Shown here piece after piece: positions 48,677 to 59,563 of a stretch of 64,000 bases of DNA. Location of the stretch: assembly GCA_000002435.2 (NCBI GenBank), contig CM018791.1; one strand, written 5' to 3'. The stretch's first letter is position 1, and each line of letters begins with the position of its first letter. The position numbers were made by a program, and so were the translations under genes. Below the pieces are notes generated by a model. It was given only the letters and a program-made list of their open reading frames with translations, was not told the origin of the DNA and made no database searches. This DNA is from Giardia intestinalis. Its lineage: Eukaryota.

Positions 48677-51600
48677 TTAGTCGAAAAGATCGTGCTCAAT
48701 GTCCGAAAGAATACTCTTCAGACCATCATCCATGCAATCGTATCCAGCTTCACTCGCCCTGGTCAGCCGGTCATCGATATTGTTGCGTTTGGCACCCTGC
48801 TCCTCTTCTTCTGCATCAAACCTATTTTTGGATCGTGCTCTGGTGGTCTGATCCAAACTACCGGATTGTCCGGAAGTAGCCCCAGTGGATCTCTTGTCCA
48901 AAAGCTTTTTGAAGGTCTTCTCCTGGAAATTGCCGCCTTCCATTCTCTTTACAAAATCTCGTATTCTCTGATCCCTTTGTTTGAGAAGCTCCTCCTTCAC
49001 TGTCGTCTCCCCTGCGCGTCGCTCCTTTTCCTTCCGCTCATACTCCTTCCGTCTCCTTATCGCCTTCTTACGTTCTATTTCAAATTGAGTCTCAGATAGA
49101 ATTTTTGATCTTAGCGGGGAAAGGATTGGTCCAATCACTGGATGAATGACAGAGCTATGCGGTAGTGTCCTCTCTCTTCTAAGAGGCATATAGGAGCCGC
49201 TGTGCTCGAAGTTATACGTTGCGCTGAGCGGCATGGTAGATGGTGGAGTGGTAGATCTCGTTTGGTGCCTACTGTGAGTGCGCGTTGATGCGCTGTGCTT
49301 ACTTCCTGGGAGATCAACTGTGGGTGGGGACTCTAGATACGACGGCAAAGGAGGTCTGGGATTGTGTGCTGCTAAAGAAAGGTCATCAGTTAATATAGGC
49401 CGGGGCAGCCTGGATTTTCCGCCAGAGTCTGGTCTTGAGCGTGCTGGTCTTGTCATGCTCTGGCTATCGACATCTAACTCGTCAGTTTCTTCAAGATAGA
49501 TGCTGGACGGGTAGGCTCCCACGGATATTCCACTTGGTTTAGAAGTGGATTCCCGAGCTTCAGTGTGGGAATTGCTGTTAAAAGACACGTGCTGCTTATC
49601 GCGTTTTGGGGTTTCTCGTGTACAGCTACGCGCAGATGTTGTCCTCTTCTGAGGCGTTCTAGTGCTTTGGGCAATAGTGGTGCTGGATTGGGAGCTTTGC
49701 TCGTCATTCTTTTCATCTCTTTTTGGGGTGTCGAAGCGCCTCCGAGGGGTCGCAAGCTTATCTATCCTCTCTTGGGAGGCCTTGCGTTTTGCTTCAGTTG
49801 CAGTTATATCTGGCGTAAGTTTTCGCTCACTCCGATAATCTATCTTCTTTGTCTCTTTCTGTTGGGTCTTCTGCTTTTTCTGTTGTAGAATAAGCTCCCG
49901 TTGCCTATATAAGGCCTCGAGCTGTTTGCGCATTTCTTCCCGGCGTAGAATAGTCTCTTCCTTTTCCGCAATAATAGATTTCTGTGAAGAGTCTTCTCCA
50001 CGCAGGAATTGTGGCAGTGAATCTTGATCGTAGGCTGTGTCGAACGTGAGTGTAGGGTAGCTCTTACTGTTGTTGCTGGTCTCCTCGTCATTGTTATCGT
50101 TATCATTATCATTTGCTTGTAATTGACTAAAGGTGTAATCTTCAGTAACATTTTCTAGCTCCGAAGTATCTCTAAGTGGTGTATCAGCTTGCAGTTGCTC
50201 TGGGCTGACGTGGCTTGTGCTGCTCACACGCCTATCAATGCTTATTTTATCCAGCTGAGGTCTGCTAAATAATACTTCAATTTCGGGACTCTGGACTGCG
50301 GGAACGGCGCTGAATGTGTTGCTACTAGTTAAGGACTCAAGCCTTTGCATATGCTTATTTACCGTGCTAATCAGTTCATCAACGCTATCATGGCGTGGAG
50401 GATGCGATACTTTGGTTGTGTTTTTGACATCTTCGAGCTGAGTGCCTGGTGTAGATGGGGCGGATGCACGGTTTCTTATCGCTGATAGAACACTTGGGCC
50501 CTCAATAGGGCTTGCATCAGGTGGCGTAGTCTGTCGGACACCCTTTTCAATTCGTTGCGTGATTGTTTCACGTAGTTTTGTATAGATAGTGACGCGTTCA
50601 CGTTCGGCCCGCTCAATTTGGAGTCGCGGAGAGTCAGTTGGTTTGAGGACGGATATGTTTGAAACCTCTGGGACATGGGACCCTGATTCCAGAGTAGAGC
50701 ATGCTTTTGCTTCCGAGTGATCGCTTTTCTTTGAGCCAGGACCTTGCTTACGTAGATTTTGCTCATCGACGCATATAGAAAGCACACTATCTGTCTCACC
50801 CACATCTCCACTAGGAATAGGGAGTCGGGGGTACCGAACTTTACAAGTTTCTGGCACATATGGCTTGGCAACCACTTCGTCGGCGGCCACTGTCCGTGAC
50901 ATGTTGGGGGCCTTAAGGTCTGAAGTTGTAAGTGAGCCAAGGTCTTGAGGGATATCGTACGACTCAAATGCATTTGCCGTGTTTGTCTCACGCTTAGCAT
51001 GTGATCGAGGCCATGTTTCCATTACGGCTTCCAGAACGTTATCGACTGAATCAGCAATGGCATCGATGACTCTCTCTCTTTGTATAGCTAAGAGGTCTGT
51101 AAATCCTTGGTCAACAACGTCCTCTCCAAATAGCTTTATCAGTCCCGTTCTCACCAACTCTACTTTAGACGCCAACGCCCTTCCGTCTGGTACATGATCT
51201 GACACGGCACTCATTTCAGCGCCAAGAACGGCTCTGCGCGCCTCACTGTCACATGTGCTTGCTAATTTGATGTACTCCGTCTTCGTTTCTGATGACAAGG
51301 AAGTGAATTCTATGAGTGCATGTGCATAGGCAAGAGAAACCATGACTTGCTGAAGTGCCGACTCAGAGTTTCGTGTTATGGCGGCAAGTGCTTCCTCAAC
51401 CTGTAATAACTCTTGTTCCTCATAGTCGTCTCGCTCCTGCCGGACAACGTTGAGGGACGCATACTCTGCTTGCAAACGTAAAAGCTCCTGCTCTGACTCT
51501 GAAATTGTTACATGGAGCGTTTGGGCCTTCTGTTTTGCTGACCTGCTCCTCCTATCATCGTCTGAGTCGCAGCTATATCTCTTTGTGTCTATTTCTGGTG

Positions 51601-51964
51601 GAGATAGCCTTCCAAGCCCTTCGAGATCACTTTCAGCGCGATCGAAAGAGCCGTTCTTCACCGCTTGTTGGACCTCAGCCGCGTTTAAAATTGCGGCCCG
51701 TAATCGAGTAATGAATGCTATGTTGGCTTGAAAGCGACCAGAATCCCCGCAAATGGTCGAGCCGTTGTAGTGCTGCTTAACAGACTGATACGGAAACAAT
51801 CGATGTAGGAGCTGTGCGGCGTCGAACCGGATGCCATCCTCAATGGAGGTAATTTCTTCCTGCGTAAACGAGGATCCTAGAGACTGTACTTGGAGGTCAA
51901 CCACGCGCTTCCGCAGTGCAGTTACCTCATCCATGAGCGAGGCAGAAGCCCGGGGATTGTCCAT
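48677..51964 (-). CDS. Hypothetical protein with coiled-coil and low-complexity (Ser/Thr/Arg-rich and ND-repeat) regions
   Basis: 1095-aa ORF with an ATG start. Contains the dipeptide-repeat stretch NDNDNDNNDEETSNN. No catalytic motifs. Confidence 0.55.
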   Translation of the reverse strand: MDNPRASASLMDEVTALRKRVVDLQVQSLGSSFTQEEITSIEDGIRFDAAQLLHRLFPYQSVKQHYNGSTICGDSGRFQANIAFITRLRAAILNAAEVQQAVKNGSFDRAESDLEGLGRLSPPEIDTKRYSCDSDDDRRSRSAKQKAQTLHVTISESEQELLRLQAEYASLNVVRQERDDYEEQELLQVEEALAAITRNSESALQQVMVSLAYAHALIEFTSLSSETKTEYIKLASTCDSEARRAVLGAEMSAVSDHVPDGRALASKVELVRTGLIKLFGEDVVDQGFTDLLAIQRERVIDAIADSVDNVLEAVMETWPRSHAKRETNTANAFESYDIPQDLGSLTTSDLKAPNMSRTVAADEVVAKPYVPETCKVRYPRLPIPSGDVGETDSVLSICVDEQNLRKQGPGSKKSDHSEAKACSTLESGSHVPEVSNISVLKPTDSPRLQIERAERERVTIYTKLRETITQRIEKGVRQTTPPDASPIEGPSVLSAIRNRASAPSTPGTQLEDVKNTTKVSHPPRHDSVDELISTVNKHMQRLESLTSSNTFSAVPAVQSPEIEVLFSRPQLDKISIDRRVSSTSHVSPEQLQADTPLRDTSELENVTEDYTFSQLQANDNDNDNNDEETSNNSKSYPTLTFDTAYDQDSLPQFLRGEDSSQKSIIAEKEETILRREEMRKQLEALYRQRELILQQKKQKTQQKETKKIDYRSERKLTPDITATEAKRKASQERIDKLATPRRRFDTPKRDEKNDEQSSQSSTTIAQSTRTPQKRTTSARSCTRETPKRDKQHVSFNSNSHTEARESTSKPSGISVGAYPSSIYLEETDELDVDSQSMTRPARSRPDSGGKSRLPRPILTDDLSLAAHNPRPPLPSYLESPPTVDLPGSKHSASTRTHSRHQTRSTTPPSTMPLSATYNFEHSGSYMPLRRERTLPHSSVIHPVIGPILSPLRSKILSETQFEIERKKAIRRRKEYERKEKERRAGETTVKEELLKQRDQRIRDFVKRMEGGNFQEKTFKKLLDKRSTGATSGQSGSLDQTTRARSKNRFDAEEEEQGAKRNNIDDRLTRASEAGYDCMDDGLKSILSDIEHDLFD

Positions 51965-52667
51965 GCTGCCACACGAGTTCTCCTTTTTCTGGAATTTACC
52001 AAATTTTACTCGGTGTCAGTGACGCATCTGAGCCAGCTAGCAAGGATTTATGATGCTCAAGTGCCACTCGACTTTAGTAGAAGGGGAAAACACGGTGAAG
52101 CCTCGAAGACAATGAAGCACACGTTATTAAGTGCGAGACTCAGTGAACCATAAGTAATGACCCTGCAATAAGTATCTTATATTATCACAAACATAGTTAC
52201 TAATGCATGTCTATATGAGGATAGATTGGGACCTCTGTCTGCGCTGGGTAGCTTATATGCCCCTGGACTTGGCAGTAGTGATTATGGGCAGCCCTCTGTA
52301 TACAGTATTGCACAATCCCTGCTTTGTTCGCGCCCTTCACCCGCAGCGCTTGGCGGTACAACAGGACTCCAGCCAGGCATGGGATGCTTGTCCCACTCCG
52401 AGAGAGCACCAGGATGAACTAGGCCACCCGTGATCAGCGCGACGTTTACTCCACCAACGTCTTACAGGCCGCTGCTTGCTGACCGTGATGTAAGTGCAAT
52501 CAGGCAAGCACGCGTCTGAGTTAGAGCGCCGGTGGAGCAGAGGGGAAGGACCGTGTGACTCGAGATTCACCGCAGATGAACAGCAACCCGCAAGGGACAT
52601 TGCACCCTCGGACTAGCCTGTGAGTAACTGCTTAACGCTCGAATCAACCCGGAGGACCCCCTGCTGT

Positions 52668-53918
52668 CTACATCTTCAGCTTTCTGCGCGGCGCTGACCT
52701 GCTCCGAGCGCCGCCGCTCTTGAGGATGTCCTCCGCCTGGTCGATCACCCCTGCAAGCGCTTTATTGGACACGGAGATGAGCGTGGTGTTGAGCTCCTTG
52801 AGCATCTGGAGGTACCGCTTGTAGCCGGGCGAGTCGTTTGGCTTCAGGAGCCGTGTGAGCGACCAGGGCCCGCCGTCAGAGTCGCGCTCGTTCCAGTCGC
52901 GGAGAACCGCCACCAGGTGGTCCAGGACGTCCCGCGGAAGGCCCTTGTACCCGCGGGCGACGATGTACTTCTCCTCGTTCACGATCCGCGACCTTCCCGG
53001 CTTCACTGTGTGGAGGTCCTGGAAGCAGACAAGTAGGAGGTAGAGGAGGTGGGACGTGAGGACCGTGCAGGAGCCGAACATCTTGACCACCATATTTCCC
53101 GAGTGCTTAAGCAGCCGCAGCCCGGCCACGACCTCGCTGTAGAGGAGCTTCGCCACGATTGACTCCTGAAGGTGCTCGACGTGTCTCCTGCCGCCGGGCC
53201 CTTCGATGAGGAAGCCGCCGTCGGCCAGAAACAAGGCGTACGGCCCGTGGAGCTCCCTGACGGCGGCGTGCAGCTGTGTCAACAGAGTGACGTTGTCTGG
53301 GTTGTAGACAGACCCCGTTCCATCGACCCCCAGCGTGGTCTTCAGCCTCCTGCTGCTGATGAAGGGCTCGAGCCTGGGGTCCCACGTCAGCCCGACCTTC
53401 CCCCCATCGGCAGAGAGGCTCATGGCTACCCCGCGGGCCCTCGGAAAGCGCTCCAGGATGGTGTACGACCAGCCGCCGGGGGCCGAGCAGAGGTCTGCGA
53501 AGAGGAGATCCGGGCCCTCGGGCTGCGTCCCGGTGGAGATGCTCGGGCTGCTGCCGACGAAGGGGACGGCGTCGTCCAGCTGGATCAGCTTGTCGCTCGC
53601 CCTGTTGAGCTGGTTCTTCCGGGATCCGCCGTCGCACTCGGGGTAGAGGCTGTTGCGGGCCCTGACGTACGCCCACCCGCTCCCCTCGTCGTAGATCCTG
53701 TCCAGACGGTGCTGCGTCTCGAAGTATGCCTGAAGGAGGCCAGCCGGCACCAGGTCCTGGTTGTCGTAGAGGCCGTCGTCGAAGACGCTTTTAAAGCGTA
53801 AATCTTCAAGGGAGACGAAGTCCTCCACCGCGAGTGCAGAGTCTGGCCTTTCGTGGGCAGGGATCCAGTCTGCCAGATTGTACACAACGGCCGACCCGGA
53901 GGCAGTCGAGGACGGCAT
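52668..53918 (-). CDS. Cap-specific mRNA (nucleoside-2'-O-)-methyltransferase (CMTR1/FtsJ-like)
   Basis: SAM-binding motif LLFADLCSAPGGWSYTILE aligns with YFADVCAGPGGFSEYVLW. LADGGFLIEGPGGRRHVEHLQE aligns with MADGGFSVEGQENLQE. VVKMFGSCTVLTSHLLYLLLVCFQDLHTVKPGRSRIVNEEKYIVARGYK aligns with [49 protein letters not shown]. GC-rich gene. Confidence 0.65.
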   Translation of the reverse strand: MPSSTASGSAVVYNLADWIPAHERPDSALAVEDFVSLEDLRFKSVFDDGLYDNQDLVPAGLLQAYFETQHRLDRIYDEGSGWAYVRARNSLYPECDGGSRKNQLNRASDKLIQLDDAVPFVGSSPSISTGTQPEGPDLLFADLCSAPGGWSYTILERFPRARGVAMSLSADGGKVGLTWDPRLEPFISSRRLKTTLGVDGTGSVYNPDNVTLLTQLHAAVRELHGPYALFLADGGFLIEGPGGRRHVEHLQESIVAKLLYSEVVAGLRLLKHSGNMVVKMFGSCTVLTSHLLYLLLVCFQDLHTVKPGRSRIVNEEKYIVARGYKGLPRDVLDHLVAVLRDWNERDSDGGPWSLTRLLKPNDSPGYKRYLQMLKELNTTLISVSNKALAGVIDQAEDILKSGGARSRSAPRRKLKM

Positions 53919-54887
53919 GGCCTCGGGGGGTCTTCGGTTTCTTTTTATTGCAGTCCGTGGGGGTCACGGATACGAGCCCGTTCGGGGCAGCCTTCAATCG
54001 CGACCCGTGTCTAACGGCTGGTCCACCCAAGCCAACACAGGCGCCCTTCTCGCATCATGATCGGCGGGGCAGCCGTACCAGCGGACCCCGTTACAGAGGA
54101 CGTCCCTAACAGCGTTCTCGCCGGAGTGCCACCCAAGCGTGCCCACACAGTCGCCGATAGGTTGCGGATGCGATGCTTCTTTGTCCTTCCCCTGCTGTGC
54201 GACGAGAGTATGGCTCCATCCGCCATGCGAAGCTGTCATGTTGGATGGCAAGCGCTGAACCAGGCAGCCAGAGGATGGTCTGTGACTCTGCTGGGTCAGC
54301 CTGTGCCTGTTCTGGAGCATATGACGCAAGCGGTGGCGCCTATAATCGTTTTCTGTTCAAATGAGAAGCAGGCCCTCTTCGATGGAGTCAAGTCCCCATT
54401 ATATGTGCTCATGCGACCCTTCAAGGTAGCAGCCTGCGAGTGCATGGTGTTTGGGTGTGCTTGCCTTGTTATCAATATCAGCAGCTGTATAGGCAGCCCT
54501 TGTCAGTGTCCCTCTTTTCTTCGCCAGTCAATGCACCGATCCTTGCGGAGACGCATGAATGCCTCTCTGCAATGCAGGTCTGTAAGTGCTGCAAGGTCTG
54601 CAAGAACAGGGCTCCTGCTTGATCATAGATTGCCAGACCGGCCCGTCCTGCAGCTGCAGAGGGGCCGCATTCAATGCATGGGATCTGCGGTCTGGTCTCT
54701 AGGTACCTGTACAGCACTGTTGGTCACTTGTGAAGCTATGGACAGGGCGTGCTACTGGATAAACTGAGCATCCATCCACACGCCTGATGCTTAGCGCACC
54801 GGCTGAAACCCTTCTGTCCGTGCTAGCAGGAACAGACACCGAGCAGACCCATCGATGACGGTTTACTACCTAAGTACACAGTTAAAC

Positions 54888-56072
54888 CTACGCCTTCCCG
54901 CGGCAGAGGAACCACCAGCAAAGGAAGCCTACGAGGCCCCCCACAACAACGATGACAGCCACAGCGATGCCTGCAATGGCCCCCGTGCTGAGGCCGCTCT
55001 TGTTGACGCTTCCACCAGTGCCTACTTCTGATTCTAAACATATGACTGAGCTGCCAGATGATGACACACATTGCTTGCATCCAGAGATCTTCTCTGAGCA
55101 CTTCTTGCACGGGCCATCAGTGGTATCGTCACCGTTTTCCTTGTAATACCCAGTGGCACAGGTCTTACACTTATCAGCCGCACCTGCAGTCGAGCACGTA
55201 GCACAAGTAGGATGACATTCTGCACAGTTGCCATCAGTTGCTGCTAAGCCATTGGCACATGCCTGACACTTACCATTGCCTCCCTGTGCACTACTACACA
55301 CTTGCTTGCCAGGCTGTCTATCTGTTTGATAGCAACCGCCGTCCTTGAGGAAGTAGTTATCTTCACATTGAGTGCACACCCCATTACCCATTTTAGTACA
55401 GAAAGTTGCTCGTGAACTGGCCGCACAGTCGCCGTTCAAGGGGGCCTGAGTGGAGGTCTTGCACTTTGAGCAGTATGCAGTTCCTCCTATTTGGGCCCCG
55501 CATGTCTCACAGCCAGTGCCATCTGCAGACACCTTGCACGCATCCCCGCAGGTGCCTCCGTTATTAGGATTGCTGTCATCTGTATATGTCAGTTTCTTGC
55601 CAGCAGGACAGGAACTACACTGATTGTTGGCCGGCCCAACGCACTCAGCGCACTCAGGGTTGCATGCCTTACACTTCTTGTCAGTATCTCCGTAGTATCC
55701 GCTGATGGTCGTGCAGTCAGGTACGCATTGGTTTGTAGGGGTGAGGTAGTTGCCGTCATTACATTCAGTGCAGATTTCACTGTCTGTTTTGGGGTTGTCA
55801 CAGGTCTTACAGTTGGGAGTATTGCACGGCGCTTCTGGGTCCTTGGTGCACTGCTTCGTGTCAGTGTTGATGGTGTAGCCCGGACGGCACGTCTTGCACT
55901 GCTGGGCGTTGCCCTCCACGCAGGTCTCACAGCCCTCGACGTTGCACGGCGCTTCTGGGTCCTTGGTGCACTGCTTCGTGTCAGTGTTGAGGGTGTAGCC
56001 CGGGAAGCATGTGTCCTTCCCGCTGTCCTTTGCCAGCACGGTTGCACAAACTAGGAGAAATCCTACCAACAT
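54888..56072 (-). CDS. Variant-specific surface protein (VSP)
   Basis: Many CXXC motifs, a C-terminal TM helix and the invariant tail ...FLCWWFLCRGKA. The ORF-track start at 56405 is GTG. The signal-peptide Met (MLVGFLLVCATVLA) is the ATG at 56072. Confidence 0.85.
   Translation of the reverse strand: MLVGFLLVCATVLAKDSGKDTCFPGYTLNTDTKQCTKDPEAPCNVEGCETCVEGNAQQCKTCRPGYTINTDTKQCTKDPEAPCNTPNCKTCDNPKTDSEICTECNDGNYLTPTNQCVPDCTTISGYYGDTDKKCKACNPECAECVGPANNQCSSCPAGKKLTYTDDSNPNNGGTCGDACKVSADGTGCETCGAQIGGTAYCSKCKTSTQAPLNGDCAASSRATFCTKMGNGVCTQCEDNYFLKDGGCYQTDRQPGKQVCSSAQGGNGKCQACANGLAATDGNCAECHPTCATCSTAGAADKCKTCATGYYKENGDDTTDGPCKKCSEKISGCKQCVSSSGSSVICLESEVGTGGSVNKSGLSTGAIAGIAVAVIVVVGGLVGFLCWWFLCRGKA
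55801..56040. repeat. Two tandem ~120-bp repeat units inside the VSP coding region
   Basis: The unit caggtctYacag...ttgcacggcgcttctgggtccttggtgcactgcttcgtgtcagtgttgaKggtgtagcccgg occurs twice. It encodes the repeated GYT(L/I)NTDTKQCTKDPEAPCN segment. Confidence 0.6.
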
Positions 56073-56867
56073 TAGCCGGAGTTCGTGTGCTACTGCTTTT
56101 TCATCAGGCTGATGTGTTGCCGCGAGCAGTGAGAGGCAACCGCTCTTGCTCTCTTGATCAGTTGGACTGGAGGAGGACGAGATAGGAGCACACCCATCGG
56201 AGGCTAGTTGATAGTGCAGTTCCCCTTGACTTCGATAGGAACAGGACCAGTGAGGGCCAGACTCAGATCGCACCTCTCTTGTGGAATGATTGTTCGGGGT
56301 GCACTCCTGTACATTGCTGTGGAGTATTCGTCGGCTTCCTCTGCAGGAGTAAGGTGTCTCGGTAGTAAACGTACCGAAGAGTCCTGCCCGTGACTTTCTG
56401 GGCACCGATTGCGAGGGAGCCCCCGGTGTGCGATGGGCTCTAAAAATGCAGTGAGCACAGGCGATCCTTTAGGGCATGCAGCCTCAGAAGAGAGCACCAA
56501 TGTGGCCAGCGCTGGAGGGGCACTAGACCCTGCATGGCCCGCGTGGATGAATGGCGGAGGAGGAGCAGAGAACGCGGGCGAGTGCTGCTAGATGGCCTGT
56601 GCACATGTGGAATAGCCATGACTGCACAGTCGAGGGAGCTGGCGCAGAGTACTAGTAATGCGTGATGGTCACGAGTGGCCAGGACAGACAGGGTGCCATG
56701 ACATGCAAGGGCGCTCCACAGTGTACGGGACGACGTGTCTGCTGTCATGAACACAGATTCGAGAAGCGAGGCTGGCAGGGGCCTGCGCTCTCTTGTAGCC
56801 TCTGAGGGTGCGGCCCAATCACTCGTTCAATCTAATTGCCCGATCTTATTTTTGAGAATAAACTGTC

Positions 56868-59205
56868 ATGGCCGACGGCGATGATTACACAGCCAGCCCC
56901 CCTGCAGCAGCCCCCGTCATCCCACAATTCGTCGTTGAGGAGCTCCACAAGTTGCTGGATGGCGTGCTGGGCAGAGGGGTTACAGGCGTAGTCTACGCCC
57001 TCAGGGGCTATCCGAGTCTCGCCGTGAAGGAGATTCTCCTCGACGGCCTGGGTAAGGGCAACGTGGATGCCATCAGGCTTGAGCTGGCCACCCTCCCCGA
57101 CCTCTCCCACCCGGGGATCCTCAAGTATCATCAAGTGGTTGAGGACGAGGGCTTCATTTACATCGTCATGAATCGCCACGACAAGACACTCGAGCAAGTG
57201 TTTATCGACTGCAAGCGGAGGAAGACCCCCGTCTCTCCCGAGCTGGTCCTCTCCGTTCTGAGGCAGCTCGCCGCCGCCCTCGCCTACCTCCACGGCGTCA
57301 GCGGAGTGGGTGCCGACGGTCGCCCCTACCAGGGCCTCGTCCACCGCGACCTCAGGCCTGCAAGCATTCTCGTCAGCGCAGATGATGAACACTTCATCAT
57401 CGCCGACTTCGGCCTCTGCAAGGACGCCCTGAGATGCGGGAGCACCATTGCAGGCACGGCAGTATACATGGCCCCTGAGATGCTCCTCCACAACGAGGCC
57501 AGCCCCGCCTCCGATGTGTGGAGCCTCGGGGTCATCATTTATGAACTAGTAACTCTGAAGAGGCCGGACTTCTTGGGGGCAAGGAGCCGGCAGAGGTCTT
57601 CGTCGACGGGTGGAGGCCGGACCTGAGCGGTGTCACTGATGGCTTCATAAAGAGTGTTCTGGAGAGGATCTTCGTGCTGGATCCAGTGAAGAGGCCGACG
57701 GCCAGGGAGCTGCACAAGACGTTCGCTACATTCGACATCCCAGTTGGTGAGCTGGGGGCTCAATACGCGGTGCTGAAGTACGAATGCAGCTCCTTGAAGA
57801 CTGCCCTGAATAATGCTAATGCTAGGATTGCTATTCGCGAGGCAGCCCTCGAGAACAGGCCAAGCAAGACCAGCTCCCTAGGACAGGAGCCCCGACTTAA
57901 GACCCCTGGGATTGACGCTCTTGAAGGCCGGACAAAAAATACTTATCCACAATGCAAGCACGAGAAGGTCAGGTTATGCAACTCAGTGGTGCAGTAGCTA
58001 CGATTACCCTTCAACCTGAGGCTCACCTGCTACCCAGACTGATCCGTGCTGCGCACACGAATGACACAGAGACTGTCCGGGTGCTACTTGAAGAGGGAGT
58101 CCGCACCGGCCAGCGTGACAAGCAGAAGATGACGGCCCTCATGCACGCGGCCCAGCAGGGGCACGGTGGGCCTGTTGAGCTGCTTGTTAAGAAGGAAAAG
58201 GGCCTCAGGGACAAAACCGGCTGGACCGCTCTGATGATCGCCGCGGAGAAGGGGAGCCTTGAAGTGGTAAAGCTCCTCCTTGAGCACGAGAAGGGGATGA
58301 AGGACAAGGACGGTAACACGGCCTTCGTGCACGCCCTCAGGAACAAGCACACAGACATAGCTCTGCTCCTTCAGGGATACGAGACGCATTCATGGACCCC
58401 ACTCATGCGCGCGGCTCTCACTGGGGATACTAAGACCGTGAGGAAGCACTTTCTTGATAAGGACACGAGGAACGATAACGGAGACACGGCGCTGATCATA
58501 GCTGCAAGGGCAGGGCACAGGAACATAGTAGAGCTCCTCGACCCCACAAATGAGAATGGCGTCACTGCCCTCATGCGAGCTGTTGACAGAAATGATGTAG
58601 ATACTGTGAAGGCCCTCCTTCCCCTCCAGGGGGGACAGAAAGCGACGGGGAATGTCGAGATAGGCCGCTGGTTCATCTGTAAGGGAACAGCACTGATGAG
58701 GGCAGCAGCACACGGCCACACAAGGATAGTGGAGCTGCTCGTGGAGAAGGAAGGCGGGATGCAAAATAGCAACGGCCGGACAGCTCTCATGACAGCAGCA
58801 GGGAAAGGCCACACAAAGATAGTGGAAATACTCCTGGAGAAGGAGGCGGGCATGAAGGATAGTGACGGATGGACAGCCCTCAGGTGTGCAGCACAAAATG
58901 GCAAGCAAGACTGTGTTAAGCTACTCCTAGAGAAAGAAGGGGGCATGAGAGATAGGAATGGTAAGACGGCCCTTATGATAGCAGCAGAGAAGGGTCACCC
59001 AGAGTGCATTAAGCTTCTGCTGGAGAAGGAGGGTGGGATGCAAACTAGTGGTGGCGAAACCGCCCTCATGTTTGCAGTGTACAACAATCAGATAGAATGC
59101 ATGCAATTCCTCGCAGAGAAGGAGAAGAACATAAACAGGAATCAGCTCTTGGGCATAGCCAAACAAAGAGGCAGTAACGAGATGATGGCCCTTCTCTTAG
59201 AGTAG
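56868..59205 (+). pseudogene. NEK-type protein kinase with C-terminal ankyrin repeats, interrupted by two 1-nt frameshifts (either a pseudogene or homopolymer sequencing errors)
   Basis: The kinase domain (HRDLRPASIL, DFG, APE) is in frame 0 up to the G5 run at ~57575-57579. The kinase C-lobe ...DPVKRPTARELHKTF and a coiled coil continue in a second frame up to the A6 run at ~57934-57939. At least 10 ankyrin repeats follow in a third frame through the stop at 59205. Adding one G and one A restores a single ORF of about 780 aa. Confidence 0.7.
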
Positions 59206-59209
59206 CCAG

Positions 59210-59216
59210 AGTAAAC
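59210..59216 (+). terminator. Poly(A) signal AGTAAAC, 5 nt past the ankyrin-gene stop
   Basis: The sequence is TAG ccag AGTAAAC. rDNA homology begins within about 20 nt downstream. Confidence 0.5.
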
Positions 59217-59224
59217 AGCGATCG

Positions 59225-59511
59225 CCTCTACATCAGACCTTACACATCACAGCCCCGCCACGCAGCAGGACTCCGGGGTCAGCAGCCTCTAGCGCGGGAG
59301 CGAACGCGGCTCAGGGAAGTCGGCAAGCCGGCTCCGTAACCTCGGGAAAAGGAGTGGCTCTGACGGCGCGCCGGGTCAGAACTGGAACGGACGCGGGGAT
59401 CCCGACTGTTTACTAGAAACACAGCGTCGCGAGGGCCGCACCCGGCGCTGGCGCGACGTGATTTCTGCCCAGTGCCACGACCGTCACCGTGAAGCGATCC
59501 GCCGAAGCCCT

Positions 59512-59563
<52 letters not shown>

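Noticed and set aside
52475-52525. Candidate C/D-box snoRNA (TGATGT ... CTGA)
   Set aside because: The boxes are imperfect and only about 35 nt apart, and I found no terminal stem or guide complementarity. It is kept only as a note inside the long-intergenic finding.
54057-54767. 236-aa Cys-rich ORF as an additional VSP/HCMP gene
   Set aside because: It has no CXXC spacing, signal peptide, TM anchor or CRGKA tail, and it sits in a GC-rich spacer full of overlapping ORFs. It is listed only as a possible relic in the findings.
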